Shown here: positions 1-13,956 of the stretch, in pieces
Numbering within the stretch: the stretch's first letter is position 1
Layout: the number at the start of each line of letters is the position of its first letter
Source of the DNA: Atractiella rhizophila
Lineage: Eukaryota
Reading direction: 5' to 3'
Length of the DNA: 51,464 nt
NCBI GenBank assembly: GCA_021432655.1
Contig: MU271511.1
Location: 1-51,464 of the forward strand
Program-made: the position numbers and the translations under genes
The notes under the pieces: generated by a model
The model's input: the letters and a program-made list of their open reading frames with translations, nothing else
Told to the model about the DNA's origin: nothing
Database searches by the model: none

Positions 1-1571
1 ACCGACAATCAATTAATAGAAAACGACCACCCGAAAGGGCTCAACTCGTGATTTGGGCAAATCAAGACCGACCGATTCAAAGGCACTAGGTGCTCTTGCT
101 CTTCGAGTTAGGTTAAAAGCAGCAGGTGTGTCAATCAAGATCTTTTTTCAGTTTGGGCGAGTTGGAGATTTGGCTGAAGAGAGTCGTCTCATACTTCAGG
201 AAATCAGCGCCGTGATCTGTTCATCATCCGCATTCAAATAGGGATCTCATTCATTTTGAAAGAGACGAGACATTGCTTTTTATCCAAACTGAGCACGAAA
301 TGTCCCATTTTTTCGCATTGCATAACTCTTTTGCCTTTTATGGCGCGTCTGTGCACAATTCTATGCTCTTCCGGTGGCTGGCAAGCTAGATTTAAAGGCC
401 ACAGGTTGCAGAATGATACAGTTGTTTGGACCGAAGTTGAACTTTAATGCTTTAACAATATTTGGCTCGAAGGGACAGTGCATGAACTCTAACAGGTTCG
501 TGTTATCCTGAGTCATGCTAGAGTGAGAATGCGGTTTTATCCGCCCGAGTGCCCAACTGCCAACTGGGGGGCACAGAGAAAGGAGGAATAAAAATACGGA
601 AGGAGTGGCATACCTGAGCTGAATGGCTGGCTTCTTCTCCTCACACTCCCACCACTGAGAACCGTCTTCATATGACATATTGAACCCTTGAAACGAGACA
701 CCTCTGTCCGTGAAAGTCGACAGGGGAATTATGGTAAGAAAGTGGCTCCGCAAGAAATGCTACTCGTAAGGATGGACTCGAGCGATATGCAGGAGATGGC
801 AGGAGAGCCGCATCGCGGTTGATAAGGTAAAATGGAAATGTTCGGTGGTCACTGGATTTGAGGACGATCGTAAACTTTGTGCCCAATGCTGACAATTTTA
901 TCAAGGCTCTGCATTCTGCCGGACTTGGTCGTCCAATTTAATCTCCGCCGACACCTCTAAACCCTCTAAACTTTATGTCCCGCGTGCTACATAGCTTTCT
1001 CTAGAGGTTCTGTGGATCAAAAGGGACTTTTCTTTTCGTTTATATTCAAGGCGTTTGCACTCCTTGTTCTTTCCCCTTGTTCTTTCAGACCGCGATCCCT
1101 GCCAGATGCCTTCCATTATTTTGAATAGTCAAATCAAAATAAGAAACAACCAGAAACAACAACTTGAACTAATCGCAGTTAGGCTGGATATCACAAGTCC
1201 CGTCGTATTTTCAGTTTCAGGCAACCTAGTCGGACGATTTTGTCTCAAGCCGTTCGTTGAATCAGAACTCACACCCAACTCTCTCAACATCGACATTCAA
1301 TTTGTATGGTGAGATTACCAAGAATTGACCAGAAGTCCATTCCTTTCACCACCTAGGTACCCTGAAGGTAGCTTAATTCACACTAACTGTTACGAGAAAA
1401 AGGTTGTCGACTAATATACATTTTCTGCTAATAAATATTTTTATTGAGATAGAAACTTGCTGGAAATTGTAGGCCGTTTGGTTTGGTTTGTTTGGCAGCA
1501 GGCGTCATCAATGCATCATCGTGCATCAATTGACATGCTAATCCCAGGTAATCACGACGAAATCAGGCAAG

Positions 1572-3418
1572 ATGGCAACCTCCTCCTCCAGCCCGGATGT
1601 ACCCACTGTGAAGTCCTCCTCCATACAAGTACCGGCTCCATCAAATGCCACTCGATCGCACTCAGCCGCTCCGCCAGGCCGCATGCAGCTTGGCGGAGGA
1701 GTAAAACTTCCTCCAAGTTTAGTCGCTAAAATGGCAGCGGTGAGGCTACTTTTCCCTCTTCTTGTGAATCCTTCGAGTAATGGGTTGCTGATGTGCATTT
1801 CAGGTTGCGAATCGTGGAGGAAACTCTGGTACTTCAGTGTCACAACTGCGCACAGACCAGAAGATCGACCCTTCGCTCCTCCTCAGAAACAAGGCAGCAG
1901 CTTCTCCCGTATTGCCTCAAGGGGGCATGGCAAAACGTCGCCTAAATCCAGGATTTACTCTTGCCGATGTGCAGCGGAACGCAGGCATTGACCAAGAAGA
2001 ATCAGATTCTCTCTCTGGCACTCCCACTGCTGCTGCCAATGGACTTGCTGTCCCTACGCGACGAGGACCTCCGGGAGCATTAAATCTTGGAGGAAAGGGA
2101 GGAACACCTTTTCAGAACCTCAGGATTTCGAATGTCGTGTAAGCAAAGGTTCATTGTCTCATGTCGCTAAAGGCGGCGTTAGGGATTTGTCAGGACGCCT
2201 CAATTTTGAGAACAAGGCTGTCCTACATGCTAAGGGTGTCGAGTTCACCGGTGGCGCATCTTTCGCAATCAACATGGAGGATCTAGATTTATTGGGAGAA
2301 CTTGGGAGGGGCAATTACGGCACCGTGCAAAAGGTATATCATAAACCGACTAAGATTACCATGGCTATGAAGGTATGTGCGCATTCCTGCACTTTGGTCT
2401 GGGTCATAGATGTGTGTCAGGAAATACGCCTCGAATTGGACGAATCAAAATTGAAAGCCATCATTACTGAGTTAGACATATTACATCGAGCGACCTCTCC
2501 GCACATCGTTGATTTTTATGGTGCATTTTTCGTGGAAGGCTGTGTATATTATTGTATGGAGGTCCGTTATCTGTCTTCATACTGGATGTATTCCTGATCA
2601 GGAACTAGTTCATGGATGCGAGTCTGGACAAACTCGCTGGTGTCGCGGTCTCGGAGGAAGTCCTCGCTCGAGTAACAAGCTCGATGGTCAAGGGGTTGAA
2701 ATTTTTAAAGGACGACTTGCAAACAATGCATCGGGGTAGGCTGATCCATATGATTTCAATCAAGCTCACCAAGGACCCAGATGTCAAACCAACAAATGTT
2801 CTCATCAATACGTCAGGTCAGGTGAAGTTGTGCGATTTCGGCGTGTCTGGACAGCTGGAGCGCAGTTTAGCGAAAACAAATATTGGATGTCAATCTTACA
2901 TGGCTGTGCGTCGCTTTCCCTTTCGCTTTCTAATTTCCAGTGCTGACAGGTTATCAGCCCGAACGGATACAAGGCGAATCGGTCGGAAAGCCCTCGACTT
3001 ACACAGTTTCATCGGACGTTTGGTCGTTGGGACTTTCTCTAATCGAATTCGCCTGTGGACACTACCCCTATCCGCCAGAAACGTATCAAAATGTTTTTGC
3101 TCAACTTCAAGCAATCGTCCACGGGGATCCCCCAGAGCTTCCGCCAAAGTATAGTGCAGAAGCTCGGGAGTTTGTCGAAGCCTGTCTGCACAAGATTCCT
3201 CATATGCGGCCCACATATGCTCAGCTTTTGGTACACTTCCCTCGCTGTTTTTGGACCGCTCTGATGAAGTGGTGCAACAGGAGCATCCTTTCCTAGTCAA
3301 GGACCGAGACAGTACCCCCGACATGGCTGGTTGGGTCCAGAGTGCGCTGAAACGGTCACACAAGGCATCACCTTCTCCCGATACTTCCGCAGCTGCCAAG
3401 TCGACGGAAGAATCGTAA
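1572..3418 (+). CDS. PBS2: MAP kinase kinase, Pbs2/Wis1 type (HOG pathway), multi-exon
   Basis: Spliced ORF fragments give [69 protein letters not shown] and SDVWSLG. GT..AG introns at 1740-1803, 2373-2420 and 2736-2780, among others. Stop TAA at 3416-3418. Confidence 0.92.
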
Positions 3419-3784
3419 TCCTCCTATCCTTACTATATCCTGGCGTGTATAACATGTAATTGTCCACCCCCATTTATACAAGAGGGGTAATCTTCAGTTG
3501 AGATCTGGCTTTGAAGACCTTCAAGTCAACCTTCATACGAACGATGTTCTCTTCTCTCAGATCGACGTGTTCGGCTTTCAGTTTGTAACATCTAGCAGTT
3601 TTATCTCTCAGGCAATTGTCACAAAGATTAAGATGCGAAATGTAAAAGTACTGCAACCAACATCGAAGGCTCTCTTTCGACGCTTCATGAAGTATTTTAA
3701 GTGAATTTACTAACCACAAGTTTCTCTTTCTGTATATGGGATCAACAAGGTTTCGACATTTTCTTCTTCAAGAAGAACATCTCT

Positions 3785-4713
3785 TTACTCTGCCTTGGTC
3801 TCTTCCTTCGGAGTGTCCGCTTCACTTTCAGTTTTGGCGGCCTGTCACTCTCTTACCATCAGCGACCTAGACACTGTACAACAAGGCTGACACTGACCGT
3901 ATCAGTCGTTTCAGCGCTTACCGGAGCTTCTTCCTTCTTTTCTTCCGCAGGAGGAGCTTCCTCCTTCTTTTCTTCAGTCGAGGCAGGAGCGCTGGAGACC
4001 GATCCGCTCCCTCCCAAGAGTGCACCATTTGCTTGCTGAGCGGCTTCAAAGGCTGTCTGAAACGTTTTCGCATCTGTCCATGGATCAGGCTAACCGATTC
4101 ACGAATCCGAGAGGAGAGGACACACTATCGCTATTGGAAAAGCGAACTGCCAACGTCTCAGCGGTCGGGACGACGTTTCCTTCGTTGTCGGGCGACATGT
4201 CAGCGGACGTGTTGTAAACCCAGGATCTGTCGGATCCAATGTTGGGTGACAGGGACATCTCTGGGGTGACTGTATCGGCGACGTCATTCACCTCACTTCT
4301 CTCAAGCTACGTCGTCACTCACTGTAGTGGTTCGCGCAGATCTTGAGAGTCTTATCTCTACGCATCACGATGCGTTGCTTCTTTGTCTCTTTGTGCTCCA
4401 GAATCTTCAAATCACCAGTCCCGCGTTCCTTCCACTCGGAATTAGTCCGATCGAAGCGGAAGAGTTTCGCCCTCCTACACGAACCCACTGTTGTGAGTGA
4501 CAGACTTATATCAGAGGGAAAGAAGGACGGACATCTTGAAGAGCACATTTTCATCCTCCTCATTTGTTTTGAGATCTGTCAAAGTCTCAAGTTTGACAAC
4601 GGGCTCGAAGTTGACGTTAGCCTCCTCTTCGACTGCTGGAGTGTTCTAGTCAACGGACTCGCATCAGCCATCCCCTATCAATCTGGTTAAAATCTCACTT
4701 CGTTATCGGCCAT
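3785..4713 (-). CDS. YRB1: Ran-specific GTPase-activating protein / RanBP1
   Basis: [49 protein letters not shown] and [22 protein letters not shown] form the RanBP1 domain. ATG at 4713 is followed by a short exon MADNE and a GTGAG donor. Acidic tail ends at TAA 3785. Confidence 0.93.
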
Positions 4714-4847
4714 GGTATCGATTTTACAAAGTCGTGAAATGGACGCGTTTCTTGGTTGATCAGTGCGAGTCTGCAAAATCCAAACTCACTGCCCACCGGC
4801 GTTCCAAACAAACCAGGCCCAACAATGCACAACCCCCTTGCTGGCCT

Positions 4848-5447
4848 ATGGAACCATCGGTTGAAGGTGTACCGCGCTCAGTGTTGATCCCTTCAGCAGC
4901 AGCTGCATTAGGACTCGTATCAGGGCTCATCCAATCGGGGAAACTCGCTTCCCTCCAATTTCGAGCTGAGAACGCACATCGACCGCCGAAAACCATTCGC
5001 GGATGGTACTCTTACAGAAGAGCTCAAAACTATAAAATTGTTATAGATGGGGCAAAAGGAGCCGTCATCGGCGCAAGAAACTTAGGAGGGTGGACCGCAG
5101 GGTTCTATGCTGGATTGGAGGGGTGTCATTGGGTGTTTTCAAGGCTCACCAAATCCTTACTCCAAATGGACACCATAAGTCGTACAGGAATTAAGTTGGA
5201 GGATATACCTTTAAGGGGATTGAGTGGCTTGGCGAGCGGTCTAGCGTTGGGAGAAGTAGCGGTCTACGTCTGTGCGCATATCTCTGCGATTTGACTCAAG
5301 CTTATAAGGTCGGCAGACGGCCTCTCTACCAGCGCGCGAATGTCAAGACTGATAGGTGGAGCCGCAGTTGGGTTACTACTAGGTTCAGCAGAGGAAATTG
5401 CTGCCCATCGAGCAAGGCGGAAGCAGAGGGATGTGCTGCAATGCTAA
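4848..5447 (+). CDS. Conserved fungal Gly-rich membrane protein, possibly Tim17/22/23-like
   Basis: Motif LQFRAENAHRPPKTIRGWYSYRRAQNYK plus several Gly/Ala-rich hydrophobic segments. An intron at about 5272-5317 joins a last exon GLSTSARMSRLIGGAAVGLLLG..QC*. The family assignment is tentative. Confidence 0.65.
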
Positions 5448-5837
5448 ATTCTCGCCGTCATTTTTCAGTCCCTTTGTTATTCCATGCAAAAATGCGAAAG
5501 TTGTGTCCCGTCTCAGATTGTTTCAAGCAAGCAACCACTATCTTCTAGAAATCTTTGAGAAAGTTACTATGGGACTAGATTGGCACCTCCTCGCCATTTA
5601 ATCAGGCTCTTTTTTCAATGGAGCGACTTTATCAGCCAAGATTCGCCTGAGCGAATAGTTTTCAAAAAAGTTAAGTTTCTGATATGTTTGTTATTGCAAC
5701 AGACGACCATTAGAGGGAAAATAAGTTAAGTGATTACTGATATATCTCTTTTGGTCAGCACTATAGACCAGAATGTGGTAAGCAGAACAATTATGTTTTG
5801 AAGAAACCAGACGGCAGAAGAATGAAGCCGTGAGACC

Positions 5838-8800
5838 TCAATACTTGACGTCCGTGTATGGTGGGCGAAATATCGAAACCCTGCCCAGTAGTTTAAATTC
5901 CATCCCAACCCAACAATGGAAGAAGAAAGAAAGCTCACGTCGAACCTGTATTCTCGTCAATATCAACCTTGATCTCCTTCAACAATTTCTGTCTGTCGGC
6001 AGCTTTTCTGCTTGGAGTGCGACCCCTCAAGTGTGCGCTGCCATTTGGAGAAATGAAGCTACTTCCGGCGCCAAAATCGTTTTGCGAACGACCCGAACGA
6101 TTAGAATTAACTGTCGAGTTCACCGTACTGGCGTTGTAGGTCGAATTCCCGAGTACAACAGAGCCAAGGGTAGCTTTCAAGTCAGAAACACTAGGTGTGC
6201 CGATGCCCCGCCGTTGGAGCATAATACTGCTTTCGCCAGGAATCGGAGACGGCGTGGTCGTGCGAACCTCAATAGCGGGGGCATGCGTGCCAACAGTCGC
6301 TGTTCACTCGTGTTAGAATAGTTCGAAAAGGGGGAACGATTGTATACCTATCTGAAAGGCGCCAATAGTCGTCCATTCTGTGAGAAGAATCTTTGTGAGA
6401 GCCGAGCGATCGAGCTTTGAGGATTCTATCAGTTCCTCGCACCCTGCGAGAGCATCAATGAACGACGCCTTGTCCAAGGAACCGGTCTTCGAAATATAAT
6501 CATCAAGAACAGAAGACGACGGTGTGGCTGAAGACTTGAATTCCGTGGGGAAGATAGGTAATATGGGATCGACCGAGTAAACCTGGCATGACCGTCAATC
6601 ACATTGCTATGAAGATTGTTGCGAAAAAACTTACACCATCCAATGCTTGCGTAATGTCGAACAAACCCCATGAATCGCCTATACTCCTGGCGACAGCGGC
6701 GACGATTTCCCTCAACGCTACTTTCCGAACTTTTTCTTCTTCCTTCTCTGCCACTTTATCCGCCTCAGTGGCAATGGCACAAATCGCCGGCACAGAACTG
6801 AGAACAACAGTGTGGTGTCTTCTGAGTTGCATGATCCTCAATACCTCCTTCGCAAATGAAAAATCGAGCAGTGTTGGTTCAGGAGGTTCAGATGGTTGTA
6901 TGCTCGTAATCGAAAAGACTGGAAGCGAATGAGTCAACGCCACATTGTTGCCGTTAGCAGTCGGCGTTGCAGAAGCCTTATGGATCGCCGTGGACGAGAC
7001 AGTAGCAGACGCACGTCCTGCTACCGATAAGCTGCTCCGCTTGGAGTTGTTGTTCGAGTATGGAAGACTGGGCTTTCTAGTGGCGAGGTTCCTTGGGGCA
7101 TCACCCACTCCAGTGACCAGAACAAACACAGAAGCGAAAAGTGCAGAGAAGAAACGCTCATTTTCTTTGTCATCCGTTTTAATCTCGAAATCCATCTCTG
7201 TAGCGACGTAGCGAATAAGGAATCGCTGGACTGCAAACCTGGTCGTCTGCTTCGGTGCGAAAAGAACGACAAGGAGAGGCTGAAGCAAGGCAGGCTTGAG
7301 TCGATTCCTCTCTCCACCTTTTGCAACAGTCATCGTAATCTTAGGCAGCTCGCGTACAGTCGAGTCTCGATCATGGTTCGGTCTGACAGGAATCGTAAAC
7401 TCAAGTCCACCTCTTCCATCCGCCTCCCGAACTACAGCCTCAATCGCATCCAGCAGAAGTTCAATTCGTTCGTCTTTGCTTGATTGGGAATAACAATATA
7501 GAATGTTAGCTATGAGGACCTCGACGATATCTGAGATCTGGTCGGCATAATAGACGTGCGAAGCTAAAGAGGAAATGGCGCTCTTGATGTGCCCAGCGAA
7601 TTCGGGAGAGCTCGAAGAGGACAAACACGCGACCAGCTTGCGTGCGACGTCGACTATTCCGATAGCGGGAACGGCGGTGTCCCCTGCCAGGATGGTTGTG
7701 ATCATTGTCAGGATGAGGGACCTAAATTCTTCTGTCCTATCCTTTTTCGGACTTGCTTCAGCATCTTTCCCCTTCGAATCCCTCCGCTCAGATGGAGAAA
7801 GCCATTCTATCAGAACCTGCAGCGCCTGGGCTTTGTACGGCAATGAGACGGTGTTGATGATTTCTGTGGCGAGCCATCGAGAGAATTCGCTGGCGGCTGC
7901 ATTAGTTAGGCTCGTGAAGGTCGCTTCGCTCCATCGCAGGATCGCGCCAATGGTGAGAGAAACGAGGTTACTTCCATGTGAGAGATGAAGGAACGATCTG
8001 AGAATATTCACGGTTTCTCGCATCACTCGGATGTCATCTGCAACAACAGATTTTTCAGTCGTTCGAGAAGATGTAGAGACTTTGCTATCTCTGTTTTCAG
8101 GCACAATGCCAGGTAAATTCCTGTTTTGTATAGACAGCTTGCCAATAGCCGCTGCGGAAGTGAGATTTGAGACATCTTGCGGGAGGGCTGATTGAGCAGA
8201 GGTGAATGCTAACTGGGATGGCGGAATAGTCAGAAGGCTGTTAAGCACAGTAATGAGGACGAGGTCAATCTTCTCGCGGCATTGCGGTTCAACGTATGTG
8301 GTCTCACTGAGAGTTGCCCCTTGTAAGACTTGCAAAGCTGACAACTTCGACCTGTGTACATCGAATCAGCTTGGGAGATGACAGCAGAACTGACAACATA
8401 CCTAAAACCGGTGGAAGGTGCAGAGAGCAAACGGGCAAAGTGTCCGAGACAGGACTTGTAGTTGGCTCCGGTAGACTCGAGGAGGAGTGGTGACCCAAGG
8501 ATGAGAACACAAGAGAACTTTCACATCAAATGAGGCGATTGTTGAAACATCTCAAGCAAAACGTACGAGATTGGCTGCTCTGGCGACTATCTCGTCATCT
8601 TTGGAAAATGCGCTCTTCATCACAGTGTCCACAATCTCCAGCACCTCAGTCTCCCAATAAACAAGCCCAACTCTGACTTCGCGAACCAAGCCTCTGCAAA
8701 TGTCCAATGTCACCGCAACCTCGTTCCTTTTTGCTCTGTATACAGCCTTTCCATTCTTCTCCACCAGAGCTTTTCCAACCTTTGCTAGTTTGTTGGGCCG

Positions 8801-8926
8801 CTGTGTTGTGTAGAAAATGAGTTTGGAAAGGGAGTTGGAGTCTGGCGGCGGGACTGTTGGGCCGTTGATAAGTTTGGAGGCAGGATAGCATGCTGAGAGC
8901 AGCAGCCTGTGGTTGTGAATCTGCAT
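5838..8926 (-). CDS. EFR3: EFR3-family plasma-membrane PI4-kinase (Stt4) adaptor
   Basis: N-terminus HRLLLSACYP..PDSNSLSKLIFYTTQRPNKLAKVG; middle SLASHVYYADQISDIV; C-terminal PSVSDLKATLG and terminal RPPY are typical of fungal Efr3. Multi-exon. Confidence 0.88.
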
Positions 8927-9173
8927 TATGAATTACGAAAGGAATACGGAATAAAGCGAGAGAGCGAGGGATCTGGGATCGGTATGTGGTGGTTGAAAAG
9001 TACCCAGAGTGCGTACGCACGCGAAGGAGAAGGTACGTCAGCGGGGGGGGAACGACCAAGATGTGAAATTGTGGATGAATTTATTTGACATTGCTCATGA
9101 TAGTGACAGCACACTGATGAATAAAGTAAGGCTAAAAAATCCCGAATGGTAAGAGAGAAAGATGAAGTAACAT

Positions 9174-12100
9174 CTACAAATCCTCAGGCAAAGAAAAATA
9201 GCTCGAAAACACTGACTCATCCCTGAGGTGTGAGGACACGACATTGTAGATATGCAGGAGCAGCAGTGGAAATCTACGACTAAAATATGCAAGGTAACCG
9301 TCCGGGAGCTCACCGAGACTTTTTCGTACATTATCGGGCAAATCTTGAAAATGATATTTCTGCCATGACACATTATCAGCTCAAGCATGATCATACAGAA
9401 AATGACAAACTTTGTTACGGAAGACTCGTAGAAGATCCCGTACGGAAGTGCTCTCGTATTTCCTGTATTTTCCTAGGTTTTCGATCAATGATCGATCAAG
9501 GGCTTTGTACCAATCGAGTCCGATGATTTCCTTTGAACGACTCTCGAGAGCAACGAGTATTGGATCTGGCAATTCGCGATCCATAGGCTCGAAAATATCG
9601 CTGGCATCACAAATAAAGAGCAGGCGTCGAGATGCCGGCCAGAAGAAAGGATGCAGAAGAACAGAGTCTGCGTTTGGTCTGTGTCTGTCGATTAGCAATT
9701 AAAGACAAAAAGAGGCGAATCGAACCGTTTGCGAGCTTCCCCGTCCAACATTTGTAGAATGATGTCCTTTGCTTCCTCCTCTCCAAAAAGTTTATCCATC
9801 GTCACTTTCCCATGAAGAATATTCATTTCCCTCTCGTACTTCAGACCGTATGGATGTTCGCCGCCCGTTAAAACATAGTAGAAAATGCACCCCAATGAAA
9901 AAATATCGATGCTTCTCGTCAGTCTTCGAACAGACATTCCGTTTCCCGCAGCGCTCCCAGACGACCCTTCTGTAGAGTCTGTTGTTGAGCTCAGCAGCTC
10001 ATCATTCATGTTAACATCTCCACGCAATACCTCCGGTGCGCGATATCCATAACTGCCAGCAGCGTGATTAGCAGTCTGAAGGAAAGAGGACTCGTCGATA
10101 TCCAGTTTCTTGCAGAGTCCGAAATCGGATATAAGCATTCGGATTCCGCCTCCACTCTTTTTCTGCTTCGACACAAGGATATTCTGTGGCTTGATATCTC
10201 GATGGATGATCTTGAGCTTGTGCAGATGCCGTAGCCCCTCCGAAATCTGACGCAGAGCTTTTCGTGGTTCGAAGAGGGTGGCTAGCTCCTGATGAGACGC
10301 AGGTTGCTCAATGATTTCGGCAAGTGACGCTGGACAAAGCTCCAGAGCAATGTAAAGAAAAGTGTCTCGCTGCTCTTTGCAGAAATATCGGATGACGTGA
10401 GGGTGATCGTCGCTCTCCTCGAGCACCTTGACCTCGTGCCGAGCAATCGTGACAAAATCTTTCAGCAATCGCTTGACTGCGACGTCTCGTCCTTGGAATG
10501 TCCCTTTCAATACCACAGTGCCGTGGCTACCCCAACCCAAAATCTGCTCTCCTACGATTAAAGAGCCTATGCGACTCCCGTTCCCCCCCTCTTCGTCCTT
10601 AAAGACCATCTCCAACTTGTTGACATCTTGTAATGCTCCTTTCTCTGCCACTATGGTCTCGTTCTCTAATGCGGCTGCGCGGCGCTCCGCCTCCTCCCTC
10701 TCCTTCGCCCTCCTTTGACCTGGGCGTAAGCCTCGCCGTCGCCCTCTTTTTCTCTTTTTTGTTCCTTCTCCTTCTCCACCTTCCGTCTCCTGTTCCGCTT
10801 CCGGATCGTTCGTATCACTCTCCGAAATGTCAGTTGGGGACGGTTCAAGAAACGTGACTTTGGGATGAGGAATAGTAGGAGATGGGGTTGCAGGTGGAGT
10901 TGGGGGAATAGGAGATTTCGACGTGAACGGTAAGGGAGTAGTGGAAGGAGAGCGGGATCGCGGAGGGGTGGGAGGGAGTGGCTTTGGAGACGTTGGGATG
11001 GGAGAGGCCATCACAGCAGGAAAGCGTGCGGCCTCTACTGATTCAGCCAGAATCTTGAACTCTTGTGATTGGACGTTGATGCTTTCTTGCGCTTTGGTCG
11101 GCGGTAGTGGAGAAAGTAGAGCCTTCTGACGACCCAAAATGAACCAGCCGGCGAGCAAAAGTAGTGCCAGTGCAGCCTGGGAGATGAGCACGGCAACCCA
11201 TCCTTTGGTTCTGCTTTCTCTACGCTCTCCTCCAGCTCCACCGCCAACGCCAATCACATCCTTTTCCTCCTCCTGCACAACTACCACCTCTTTCGGTCCC
11301 TCAATACCGAGCACCCGCGATTCCTCAGACTCCGCAACCTGCACCTCAGGCTCCTCATCGACCAAGTAGTCAACCTTGGCAAGTTCTCCCTCCTCCCCCT
11401 CCTCCTTTTGGGCAAAAACCACAAGTGGATAGTGTTCGCTGCTCATGATCCACCTTCCACCTTCCCCTTCCGCCCGTTCACTCCCGCCAATCCACGCCAA
11501 CCCTTTTCCGCTCTTCCCCAATCCTTTCCCAACCAGGGAAAACTCCACCGTCTTCTGTCGATACATCATCGTCTCGCCCGGCTCCTCGCCCTCGCCCTCG
11601 GAAGAGGAGAGCTCGAAGATATCGATGACAGGAGAGGACAGCGAATTATGCCATTTCCAATCCCCAGCGACGGTATCCACGCAGATGAGGTCTCCATTGG
11701 GGAGCGGTTGGAGGGTCAAATTGTCTGGTGCCAGAGTGACCCAAGGAGCAGGAGTGAGTGAGGCAGGATGAAAGGTCTTGTAAGAGAGGGTCTGAAGGGT
11801 CAGTCCCGAAATTTTCGAGACAATCTGAAGACTGTATTCTGTACCCCCAGGTAGCCATTTTAATACAAAACCTTCGATGCTGGGAGGAAGACGAACCTGT
11901 ATATCCCACATAGAGGATGTTGCTCACGCAGTCTCTTTCAAACCCCGCGGAACCCTCCATATGCCAAAGGCACTGTCCTCCACTCCCGCCATAGCTTCCC
12001 AGAACCCTTCCACTGGCCATATCGACTCGAAGTATCCGACTCTCCTTGCGTCCCACAAACATTCTAGATCTCATCTCCGGAAACGTGAACGGTGTTAGTT

Positions 12101-12692
12101 GGATGATCGTCTTGAGTGGCACAGGTAGACGCTGAAGGGTTCCGGCTGAACGGAGGTAAATGTCTCCATCACCGTAAGGCTCCAAAATGTATTCTTCTGC
12201 GTCTCGTACCTCAATATCCATCCGAGGAGCAGTGTCATTGTGCGACTCCGGAGCGTTGGGAGGTTGAAAAACTGCGACATCCTTCGTCTTTCCGACGGAT
12301 GATGAATTCGAGAAACTCCTCCAGTTCCTCCCTCCCACCACGGGCTGCTTCAACCCTGCCATCTCCACATCGTCCGCCTCAGAGTTGAGGCTCCACACCC
12401 ATCTCCCGCTGTTCCTCTCTAGAGCATGGAAACCTCCGTCGAGCGTATGAACCAGCACTAGCGGAGAGAGACTGTGTATCGGCGGTTCGGAAGACGGGGG
12501 GATTGCGAAAGGAGAATTGAAGGATAAGGAAGATAGTATGTCGAGGTGTAGAGGCGATAGAGGAGGCGTGGATACGGTAAATGGACGAGCGGCTTGGGAC
12601 TGGATTGCGGCGTTTGCGTTTGGATTGAGGGTTTGAGGAAGTGATGATTGGGAGAAAGTTGCTGGGAGAAGAGCGAGCAGGGCGGCGATCAT
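9174..12692 (-). CDS. IRE1: ER stress sensor kinase/endoribonuclease Ire1
   Basis: Signal peptide MIAALLALLPATFS; lumenal LVLVHTLDGGFHALER; TM helix; basic linker KKRKRGRRRG; kinase GWGSHGTVV, DVAVKRLL, HRDIKPQNILV, ISDFGLCKKL; KEN RNase domain LGKYRKYE..SVRDLLRVFRNK..HFQDLP. Confidence 0.96.
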
Positions 12693-13956
12693 GACAGAAT
12701 ATGGAGAGGAAAGAACCACGAGTGTACTGCTGAATAAGTCGAAAGAAAGCGTTACCACCCAGTTCTACATTACCCAATGTCCCACAAAGTCCCACTTATG
12801 TCCAGGCTCAACACAAACGAAAATCCTGCTTCCAAGATAACCCAAGGCTGAACGTCGGAGTTCTTGCCCAATTGTTTTAACGCAGTCGTTGCCAGAGAAT
12901 ATTGAGTGTTGGTTGGAGATATACTAAGATACGGAGGCAGGGAGTATCCAAGGTCGTGAGTAATTTGGTAGATGGTTTGGTCGTTCAGCCAGCTCCGAGC
13001 TTCGAGAAGCCTTCGCCCGACTTTCGATCGATTCAACCACTTCACTTGCACTTGACTCAGCTGGGCTGGACAGCCGTGTAGACCAATTACACAACAGAAG
13101 CAAAGAACTTGAAGAGCTGGATGTAATTCGCAATGGAAGAAATGCTTAGGAGCTTTGTGCTTATTTAGACTGAGAAGGAGAAGGTGTGTTCCTGCAACAG
13201 CGACAGTGTTCAGGAGATCGACCTATGTGGGAAATGAAGGGAGAGTTTGTCTTAGGAGGCCTGATTGATGCTTCGAAGGCAAAAGTTACGCAGCTTTGCT
13301 GTGGAAAGATGCATCAACGGACTTTGCATCCCAAACGTACCAATGCTTTCCCTTCATCAGACAGCTTTACTGGGCATGCTTATGAGGGAGAATGATTTCA
13401 GCGCTCTCAGCTGTATTGTTGCGCTATTTTGACCGTGCGGATCCTTTGAATGGTTGATCATGCTGACCTTCACGGCCTGTGCATCTCAGCGGAGGAGGCC
13501 CTGCATGAAGAGCTCTACGGTAGACTCCATTCTGCAACAAATTGCCTTTTGTGTCTCGTCCAGGCTTGATATCCCTAGTAGGGAGCTATGCTTCTTCCAG
13601 CCCTTTTACTTATCCCCCTTTTCAAACGTATGTGATAAAGGGGTATCTGGACTGCAACTTCTGTTTCTACATTGTATTTTCTACATTGTATTAAGCCGCA
13701 GAAGTCAAGCTGGCCCCCAACTATTCTTCATATTGTGCAAGGAGCGGAGCCGCGTCGTATATATGTTGGAAGATGAAGAACATTGCTCATTTTTGATATT
13801 ATCACCAAAGCCACACAGATGACCAGCAGAGACAGGACTCGTTTTATGTATTGTTATAGCAAAGAACAGCTTTGGTCGAAGCACGCCAAACTGTTGACTT
13901 TGTAACGGTCTTAATCCCTTCTCCCTCGGCCTCGATCTCGACAACTCTTCATCGTA

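Noticed and set aside
1..1320. Short ORFs upstream of PBS2 (e.g. 361-753 minus)
   Set aside because: No recognisable motifs or consistent exon chain. A partial or decayed gene can be neither supported nor excluded.
11646..11911. IRE1 split into two overlapping ORFs (possible unconventional splicing or frameshift)
   Set aside because: A normal spliceosomal intron (GTTCGT..TACAG) joins YVGYT to EYSLQ.
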